Origin: Eubacteriales bacterium
Lineage (GTDB): Bacteria; Bacillota; Clostridia; Oscillospirales; CAG-382
Direction of reading: 5' to 3'
Assembly: GCA_045544855.1 (NCBI GenBank)
Contig: JAZPZV010000006.1
Location: 2,446 to 66,445, forward strand
DNA: 64,000 bases
The position numbers were made by a program, and so were the translations under genes. The notes under the pieces were generated by a model that saw only the letters and a program-made list of their open reading frames with translations, had not been told where the DNA came from and did not search any database. Positions within the stretch are counted from its first letter, which is position 1. Each line of letters opens with the position of its first letter. Shown piece by piece: positions 57,189 through 64,000 of the stretch.

Positions 57189-57610
57189 CGTTCATTTACT
57201 CTCTCTCTTAAAAATGTAGAAGAAATACCGTCCGTATGTTCCAGATAGACGACTACGCAACCAACCGTTGCCAATTCTTTTTCATATTGTACCCAAGCAG
57301 GATCTCCTCTCCAATCTGAGCCGACAAAGACGACATCTGCATGATATCGTTTCACCGCAGCTAACTTGTCCATATTATTTTGGAGGACAACCTTATCCAC
57401 AAATCGAATTGAACTCACGATCTCCAAACGATCATCCTGACAAATAATTGGTCTTTTGCTTTTCCGTTCTTCGCACAGCGCATCGGTAGTTACGCCTACG
57501 ATCAAGTAATCGCATTGCTCCTTAGCTCTTCTTATGATGTTCAAATGCCCAATATGGAACATATCGAACACACCTGTAGTATATCCGATTTTATACTTTT
57601 TGTCTGCCAC
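57182..57610 (-). CDS. Glycerol-3-phosphate cytidylyltransferase-like (TagD family)
   Basis: GVFDMFHIGH, VGSDW and TDGISST motifs. Confidence 0.88.
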   Translation of the reverse strand: MADKKYKIGYTTGVFDMFHIGHLNIIRRAKEQCDYLIVGVTTDALCEERKSKRPIICQDDRLEIVSSIRFVDKVVLQNNMDKLAAVKRYHADVVFVGSDWRGDPAWVQYEKELATVGCVVVYLEHTDGISSTFLRERVNERC

Positions 57611-57634
57611 AATTTCCTCCGTGCTTTACCGCTG

Positions 57635-58618
57635 TTAATATAGAGGTATTCCCAAAAAACCCAATAATGATCCTGAGCCATATGCTATATGAAACGCAGG
57701 GTACAGCCAAATGGTTATTAGTCCATATTGAGGAGTCTTACAAAGGAACGAATAAAAAACATCAAGGGATAAATATAGCAATACTTCAAATATGAAAGCA
57801 TAGCTAATAAATGGTGACGCAGCGGATAGTATTGGCATTATTAGCAGAGAAAGAAAAAAGAGAAACGGGACAAAGTGCCGCAAGCTCATTGCCTTTGGGT
57901 TCTCTTTCAATGTGAAAAATAACGCATTCCCGTTTTGCATCCCCATTCTTAAAACGCCCTTGAATGTATCGCGGCAGAAATATCTAAACCGTATATCTTC
58001 CGCAAGCCATATTTTCCCTCCGCTTTGACGAATTCTTGAATTCATATCATTATCTTCGCTACGCAGCAATTTAGGATTAAATAGTCCAATGCGCTCAAAA
58101 ATATCCCGTCGAAACGCTCCAAACGGAACGGTATCAACGAAGCGATTGCCGCTCCCAATCCTAAAATCCGATCCCCCAACACCAAACTTTGTCGAAAGCA
58201 TCTTTGCAATTGCTCTACCCTTGAAACCTGCAGCCTCCGTTTCCGCCACCCCTCCAACATTGTCAGCATCTGTTGTATCCAAATAATACACGCATTTTTC
58301 TATGTAGTCGGGATAAAAAAACGAATGAGCGTCAAGCCGAATGATATACTTCCCTTGGGCCTTTTCTATCGCCATATTCAAAGCATAAGGCGTTTTTCTC
58401 TTTTTGTTGTGGAGCAATATTATTGGATATTTTTTGACCAAAACATAGTTTTCAATGATCGTTACCGTTCGGTCAGTTGAATCTCCATCAATGAAGATCC
58501 ACTCCATATTTTCAATGGGGTATGTTTGTTTTGCAAGAGAACCAATTAAATTATCGACATACTTCTCTTCGTTAAAAATCGGAACAATAACCGATACAAT
58601 TATGTCGCTAACGTTCAT
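57635..58618 (-). CDS. Glycosyltransferase family 2 (ExoA-like)
   Basis: SVIVPIFNEE, DGDSTD, RLDAH, VDTVPFG and RSEDNDMNSR. Confidence 0.9.
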   Translation of the reverse strand: MNVSDIIVSVIVPIFNEEKYVDNLIGSLAKQTYPIENMEWIFIDGDSTDRTVTIIENYVLVKKYPIILLHNKKRKTPYALNMAIEKAQGKYIIRLDAHSFFYPDYIEKCVYYLDTTDADNVGGVAETEAAGFKGRAIAKMLSTKFGVGGSDFRIGSGNRFVDTVPFGAFRRDIFERIGLFNPKLLRSEDNDMNSRIRQSGGKIWLAEDIRFRYFCRDTFKGVLRMGMQNGNALFFTLKENPKAMSLRHFVPFLFFLSLLIMPILSAASPFISYAFIFEVLLYLSLDVFYSFLCKTPQYGLITIWLYPAFHIAYGSGSLLGFLGIPLY

Positions 58619-58634
58619 AGCGGGCTCGCCTCTT

Positions 58635-59354
58635 TCAAAAGGTATTTATTGGCAACTCTCTGTCATATTCCTTGCCTAGCACAACAAGCACGGTCATGAA
58701 CATCACTTTTATATCGCGCCAAAACCCGAACTGCTGGATGCCTTTAAGATTATAATACATCTTTCCGGGGAGTATCTCTTCAATATAAACCTTATCTGTG
58801 TCTTCTACGCCGTCAAGCAGCTTTGCTTCGTCCTTGTAATAGATGCTCGCAAGGCTGGTTACACCTGCAGGAAGTAACAAGGTCGCCATCATTTCATTGG
58901 TATAAGAAGCTACATACTTAGGACTTTCGGGACGTACTCCGACCAAAGTAACTGTACCTCGGAGCACATCGAGAAGTTGCGGAAGTTCATCTAATCTGCA
59001 GTTACGGATTACTTTGCCCACACGAGTAATACGACTATCATTATTTACTGTAACTTGCGACCCTTTGTCCGCATTTTGTACCATTGTGCGGAACTTATGA
59101 ATTCGAAAGCGTTTGCCATACTGAGTAACTCGTTCCTGGCGATAAAATACCGGACCGGGAGAATCTATTTTAATAGCAATCGCCAGAATCAGGTACACAG
59201 GAGAAAGAACAACCAATGCAATTGATGACACAACAAGATCAAATACTCTTTTAAAGAATAACCCGGCCTTTTTCTTTTTGAGAATATCGTAATACACTCT
59301 AACTTCCTCAGTCCTCATTGCTAGCGGAAGCTGTTCCCATTTAATAAGTCTCAC
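58635..59354 (-). CDS. Priming phosphoglycosyl transferase (WcfS/TacA-like)
   Basis: KRVFDL, DSPGPVFYRQERV, KFRTM, LDELPQL and GVRPE. Confidence 0.9.
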   Translation of the reverse strand: MRLIKWEQLPLAMRTEEVRVYYDILKKKKAGLFFKRVFDLVVSSIALVVLSPVYLILAIAIKIDSPGPVFYRQERVTQYGKRFRIHKFRTMVQNADKGSQVTVNNDSRITRVGKVIRNCRLDELPQLLDVLRGTVTLVGVRPESPKYVASYTNEMMATLLLPAGVTSLASIYYKDEAKLLDGVEDTDKVYIEEILPGKMYYNLKGIQQFGFWRDIKVMFMTVLVVLGKEYDRELPINTF

Positions 59355-60567
59355 TTATGTACGCCTCCACAACTTCTACATACTGTTTTATCACATACTC
59401 TACGTCCTCATCGGTAAGCTTTGTATGCAACGGTAGCGTAAGCTCATTTAAAAAATGCGCATAAGCATTGGGATAATCGACAATATCGAATCCCAGTCGC
59501 TTATATGCCGTAAGCATAGGCAGCGGTTTATAATGGACGTTACAGGAAACGCCTCGCTCAGCCATTTTGACAATCATCTCATTTCTTTGTTCAAGGGTGA
59601 TGCCCGGAATCCATGTCAGATACAGATGTCCTGAGGATTCCCATTCGTCGTTATAGTGGTCAAGCATTTGAACTCCTAGCGGTTTCAACGCAGCGTCGTA
59701 CCTCTCAATAATCGCTTTTCTTCGTTTCAGCATATCGGGGTATCGCTCAAACTGGCCGAGTCCAATCGCGGCCACAACATCGGTCATGTTGCACTTGTAA
59801 TATGTGCCTACAATATCATACTCCCAAGTGCCCAGCTTCGTCTTGGCGAGGGCGTCCTTTGACTGACCATGCAGACTGAGAAGTTGTAGTCTCTTGTAAA
59901 CCTCCTCGTTACTAATGCCAGGGATGGTTCTCCACGTCAGTGCACCGCCTTCTGCAGTAGTGAAATTTTTAACTGCGTGGAAACTAAAACTAGAAAAATC
60001 AGCTACAGAACCGATTAACTTACCGTGCCATTTTGCACCTAAAGCATGCGCTGTATCAGCCATGATAGCAACTCTACCAAGCGCATACTGAATTTCGTTA
60101 TTCGGTTTAAACAGATGCTTTTTACGTTCAACAATCTCAAAAAGTCTATCGTAATCACAAGGAATTCCTGCAAGATCAACTGGAATAATAGCTTTTGTAT
60201 GTTCGTTGATTGATTTTTCCAACGCATCGTAATCCATCTCGAGACTATTCTTCTGCGTATCGATCAACACAATCTTTGCTCCTACATGAGCAATCACGGA
60301 AGCTGAAGCGGAATAAGTATAAGCGCAAGTAATAATTTCATCACCAACACCAATACCCATAACGTGAAGTGCCATTTCAGCACAAGCGGTCTGAGAATTA
60401 AGGCATACACATTTTTCTGCACCTACCCATTCGGCAATATTTTTTTCAAGTTGTTTTGTTCTCGGACCAGTTGTAATCCATCCCGATCTAAGCGTATCAG
60501 CTACTTCTTTAATTTCCAGTTCACTAATGTCCGGGGGACTAAACGGAACCACCCTATTATCTTTCAT
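59341..60567 (-). CDS. DegT/DnrJ sugar 4-aminotransferase (WcfR/AatB-like)
   Basis: PFSPPDI, SGWITTGP, DTAHALG, FSFHAVKNFTTAEGG and NVHYKPL. Confidence 0.92.
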   Translation of the reverse strand: MKDNRVVPFSPPDISELEIKEVADTLRSGWITTGPRTKQLEKNIAEWVGAEKCVCLNSQTACAEMALHVMGIGVGDEIITCAYTYSASASVIAHVGAKIVLIDTQKNSLEMDYDALEKSINEHTKAIIPVDLAGIPCDYDRLFEIVERKKHLFKPNNEIQYALGRVAIMADTAHALGAKWHGKLIGSVADFSSFSFHAVKNFTTAEGGALTWRTIPGISNEEVYKRLQLLSLHGQSKDALAKTKLGTWEYDIVGTYYKCNMTDVVAAIGLGQFERYPDMLKRRKAIIERYDAALKPLGVQMLDHYNDEWESSGHLYLTWIPGITLEQRNEMIVKMAERGVSCNVHYKPLPMLTAYKRLGFDIVDYPNAYAHFLNELTLPLHTKLTDEDVEYVIKQYVEVVEAYISETY

Positions 60568-60778
60568 AATATAAATTCTCTTTCCATCACACTATCTTGC
60601 ATACAAAGAGTCTAGATAATCTTGCATCACAGGCCACGTATGAAAACGATTGTTTTTCGCCAAATAATAAACTTCATCATGTATTCGTTGATCGCAATAT
60701 ATTCTCCTTTTGCGTTGAGGCGATTGCTCAACATTTTTTGCATGTTTGAAACAATAAAACCCACATTTTTACGGAGAC

Positions 60779-60807
60779 AGTATAGCACGAAAAGCAGGAT
60801 TCGTCAA
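60779..60807 (-). promoter_or_regulatory. Promoter of the polysaccharide operon
   Basis: TTGACG-17-TATACT with TG. Confidence 0.7.
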
Positions 60808-60860
60808 GGGATTTGAGCGGGGGTTTGTGCGGAAAGTGGGCAGATCCGTGTTTGGTTGCG

Positions 60861-60899
60861 AAAAAGCATCCCGGTCGGATGGATCGGGATGCTTTGTTT
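60861..60899 (-). terminator. Terminator after the SipW-class protein
   Basis: AAAGCATCCCG...CGGGATGCTTT followed by a T run on minus. Confidence 0.7.
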
Positions 60900-60902
60900 G
60901 GG

Positions 60903-61508
60903 TTATGCTTTTGCAAGTTTGCCGCCAACTACTTGGACGCCCCAGGCGTCGGTGACGGCGGGAGTGTCACCTGTGTCGGTGGTACCGGCCGATTGAATGG
61001 TCTGTGCGACGATCTCCACGTTCAGGCCGTAGCCTGCGGGAGCTTTGCCGGCGATAGGTTCGCAGCTAATGATGAGATTGGCTGTCGTGCCTTCGCTTGG
61101 GACGGCGGCTTTGTGGTAATAGAAGCCGTCGGTATGGAGGAACCAGGGTTCAGGTTCCCCTTCTCCATCTTCGATATTTAAATAGATGGTGTAATCCACA
61201 CCGGCAACGGGTTTGGTTGCCAGGACATCCCCGTTTTCCGCATTCTTCCACGTCACCACGATGGCGGCGCGGACATAGACGGAGTAGCCTGTCTTCCCTA
61301 CCTTCACGGCAACGTTGGATTTAACGTCGTCCTTGAAGGACTCCGTGATGGTTGCCTCGGGATCTTGAGCGGCGCTAAAGGTGTTTTTGACAGCGGGATC
61401 AGTTGAGGTTTTCAAGTAGGCGTACACCGTTGCGACGGTCACCGCAATGACAAACAGCACGGCGAGGATAACGGGCAAAATACGCTTACGCTTGGATTGG
61501 GTCGGCAT
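60903..61508 (-). CDS. SipW-cognate signal-peptide protein (TasA/CalY-like fibre subunit)
   Basis: Basic n-region, h-region, then TVYAYLKT...VKNTF. YVRAAIVVTW, DGFYYH and AQTIQ motifs. Confidence 0.7.
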   Translation of the reverse strand: MPTQSKRKRILPVILAVLFVIAVTVATVYAYLKTSTDPAVKNTFSAAQDPEATITESFKDDVKSNVAVKVGKTGYSVYVRAAIVVTWKNAENGDVLATKPVAGVDYTIYLNIEDGEGEPEPWFLHTDGFYYHKAAVPSEGTTANLIISCEPIAGKAPAGYGLNVEIVAQTIQSAGTTDTGDTPAVTDAWGVQVVGGKLAKA

Positions 61509-61526
61509 GGGGTACGCCTCCTTTCG

Positions 61527-64000
61527 TTACGGGGTGGGTGTAACCGTGAATTGGTTTTCGTTTACCGTCTCGCCGTTGAGCCAGTTGGACGGGTCGGGGG
61601 TGTTGGTGAAGGACACTTCTGCAGTTGTACCCTCCAATACCGTGACGGTGCGCACCTCGGTATTGGCGGTAAATTCCCAAGACCAATCGGTGAGCTCCGT
61701 GACGGTATACTCCCCGATGGGAACGTTGTTCAAAAGAACGGTCTCGGGGCTTGTCGTATTTCCTTGGATGGATACGATGATATCAATGTGCTTGTTGTTG
61801 TGGTCGTTTCCCTTCACGCGGAACAGGAAGGTGGCGCCCGTAACGCCGGTGCCATCGATTTTCTTTTCGATATTCTTTTCGATCATCAATGCGCCGTAGA
61901 TGGGCTCGAAGAGGGCGTAGTAATGAATCTCGTCCTTGGATGTATCAAGCGAGCCGGGTTTTAGTTTTGTACCCGTATCGCTTTGGGTTTCACCATCAAA
62001 GCGCCATGATTTATCAACGGGAATCGTGCATGCTTCATCGGCATACCAGCCAACCAAGCGGAATCCGATAGCAGGAATTGCGTTTGATCCCGATAAACCT
62101 TCTGCGGTTGCGGCACTCTCGCTGTAAATCGATACCACACCAAAAGACGTCAAACCCGGAACGGTGCAAACCTTTTCGTAAAACACCTCAACCTTTTTCT
62201 TGGTGTAGTAGAAAACCAGTTTGTTGGGGTTTTCCTCGCCTTCCTCTACTGCACGAATTGTCATGGCCTTTGTCCGCGCCTCATCGTTTGCGCCAACTAC
62301 GTAATACTCGTAAACAATTTGGTCAGAACCGCTTACGACGGTAAACTTTTGGGGCGCAGTATGGCTCTTCGTGGTATCGAACTTTGCCATTTCTTCATCG
62401 GAACCATCAGCAATCACCTTAAGGGCGTCTGCTGAAGAAGAAGCGCCGTATTCCCGATACTCGATGATATAAGGGTACAGATTGCGTTTATAATAAATCT
62501 TAATCGTCAAGCCGGTGAAATCGACGATTCCTCGAGGCGGATCTCCCGCTGCCGCACCAATTAGCGTTTCTTTAACGTCGCCGTTCTCCTTGTAGGTAAT
62601 TACCGTATTCAGTGCAGGCACATAGGTATACCCTTCGTAGGAGCGAATATCTGCTTTATGCTCTTGCGAAATATCCTTGCTACCGACGATGGATTCATAC
62701 TGCGAATAGTTTTTGGCGTCGGTAGAATCATTCGAATCTGCATTTTCAAGATAATATTCAACGGAAAACAAACCATGCTCAGTATCTCTGATATAATAGA
62801 ACGTAATGACATTATCCTCAATAACCGAGTCTTCCGTCGCATTGCCGTCATATGCAAGAGCTTTTCTAATATAGAAGTTTTGAGGGATATATCCGCTAAT
62901 CGGCAAGAATTTTTCCGTGACAACCGCTTCATCCGTGGATTTCACAACCGCCGTTTTAAGTTCGGTACGGGAAGCATAGTCCACGTAGCGTATTTTATAA
63001 TAAACCGTGTCATCGTACACATACTCAAACGTATACGTGTTCAGGTTTCCGTCCGGTTCCATCAAAAGCGAATGGGTATTGACGGTCGGAAAAAATTTCT
63101 TGCGAAAGTCGGAATGTAATTCCCCCAAACCCTTCGCAGAGAAGGTTTTTGTCTTACCGACAGAGGAATGGGCAAAAATCGTTTCAGCAATCAAATCCCC
63201 TGCTTTGTAGGCTGTGTGTGACGGCGTATTTTCCTTTGATACGTCCTCTCTGAGCGCGTACTTTATTTCGTAGGTGGTATCGATACTGGTTTGCCACTCT
63301 GCAAAAAGTATCAGATCGCGGGTAACCTCCATGGAATCGGGAGCAAAACGCTTCTTGTTGTCCTCGTCCATGTAGAACCAACCGATAAAATCATATTCCA
63401 CCCCGCCAACCACTTTTTCCGGGGGATCTGCATACGTCGTGCCAAGCAAGCTACCATGCTTAACATCTTTTGCTTCCATATAAGGTGTAGCGTCTTCGAC
63501 AATATCGGAATAGTCAATATAGAACGTAACGTCACGCAAAACGGGAGTCCATTTTGCATAAAGAGTCAGATCGGCGTCCGGCATAGATATGCTGTTCCAA
63601 TCGACTTCCGTTCCGGCAAAACATTCAGGCGTCGTATACCAACCGTCAAAGTAATATGCACCCGGCTCTATACCACTGGGATATGCCGGATCTTCCGACG
63701 GCTTATAGGAAAGCAACGGTTTATCAAAAGGTACTGTTTGTGAGGGAGGCGCAGCACTGACAGAGTTGTAGTTGACGAAGTTCAGCTGATGCTTTGTTCT
63801 GTCATAGTAGAAGACACAGCAATAGGGACACTTATCGTCATTGGGACACTCGGGATTGTTTGCGTAGTTACTGGAGTTTTTCTGCTTTTCCGTATCTTCA
63901 TTTTGAAGCGTATAGCCGGCATAAACTACAGGGTCAACACGAGTCGTGCCGTTATGCGCTGCGGTGAATACCTCTGTTTCGAGCACATAGGTTTTTCCGT
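61527..64000 (-). CDS. Large surface protein with InlB-B/MucBP-like repeats and a C-terminal pilin-Ig-like domain, 5' truncated by the window edge
   Basis: YYFDGWY..LYAKW and FIGWF..LFAEW repeats, GEYTVTELTDWSW, FTNTP. Frame is open to the window end. Confidence 0.8.
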   Translation of the reverse strand, partial: GKTYVLETEVFTAAHNGTTRVDPVVYAGYTLQNEDTEKQKNSSNYANNPECPNDDKCPYCCVFYYDRTKHQLNFVNYNSVSAAPPSQTVPFDKPLLSYKPSEDPAYPSGIEPGAYYFDGWYTTPECFAGTEVDWNSISMPDADLTLYAKWTPVLRDVTFYIDYSDIVEDATPYMEAKDVKHGSLLGTTYADPPEKVVGGVEYDFIGWFYMDEDNKKRFAPDSMEVTRDLILFAEWQTSIDTTYEIKYALREDVSKENTPSHTAYKAGDLIAETIFAHSSVGKTKTFSAKGLGELHSDFRKKFFPTVNTHSLLMEPDGNLNTYTFEYVYDDTVYYKIRYVDYASRTELKTAVVKSTDEAVVTEKFLPISGYIPQNFYIRKALAYDGNATEDSVIEDNVITFYYIRDTEHGLFSVEYYLENADSNDSTDAKNYSQYESIVGSKDISQEHKADIRSYEGYTYVPALNTVITYKENGDVKETLIGAAAGDPPRGIVDFTGLTIKIYYKRNLYPYIIEYREYGASSSADALKVIADGSDEEMAKFDTTKSHTAPQKFTVVSGSDQIVYEYYVVGANDEARTKAMTIRAVEEGEENPNKLVFYYTKKKVEVFYEKVCTVPGLTSFGVVSIYSESAATAEGLSGSNAIPAIGFRLVGWYADEACTIPVDKSWRFDGETQSDTGTKLKPGSLDTSKDEIHYYALFEPIYGALMIEKNIEKKIDGTGVTGATFLFRVKGNDHNNKHIDIIVSIQGNTTSPETVLLNNVPIGEYTVTELTDWSWEFTANTEVRTVTVLEGTTAEVSFTNTPDPSNWLNGETVNENQFTVTPTP

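Noticed and set aside
60570..60775. Short ORFs in the leader of the polysaccharide operon
   Set aside because: There is no convincing SD/start combination. It may be a gene remnant, but this cannot be supported from the sequence.

Overview
A 64 kb chromosomal window from a fairly GC-rich member of the Clostridia (Bacillota), probably a gut Oscillospirales-like organism. This is judged from the T-box, a SPOCS/LysM spore-coat-type gene, a dockerin, a PolC-like gene and Clostridia-type REP elements. From 1 to 38 kb the window is mostly housekeeping and accessory genes: an MntR-type regulator, TrpB2 under a Trp T-box, an ECF transporter, an ECF sigma factor, glgB, lipid enzymes, a YtrA/ABC operon, ppdK and two tRNA-Val genes. 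From 38.4 to 64 kb it is cell-surface genes, mostly more AT-rich: a type IV pilin-like operon, a REP-like repeat cluster, a Wzx/Wzy polysaccharide locus and SipW-class fibre genes. The most notable observations are: (1) an XRE HTH fused to a truncated, catalytically degenerate PolC core; (2) three DNA-binding-domain fusions that each carry an in-frame internal Shine-Dalgarno plus ATG at the domain junction; (3) a pilin/Lgt-like/large exported protein/micropeptide operon whose promoter spacer is a T16 tract, a candidate phase-variation switch; (4) an unannotated Cys-containing 35-aa ORF ahead of an NlpC/P60 lipoprotein with Cys/His repeats; (5) a candidate AAT-Gal-primed zwitterionic polysaccharide locus. 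I saw no integrase, transposase, CRISPR array or rRNA. All family calls come from motif recognition by eye, not from database searches.
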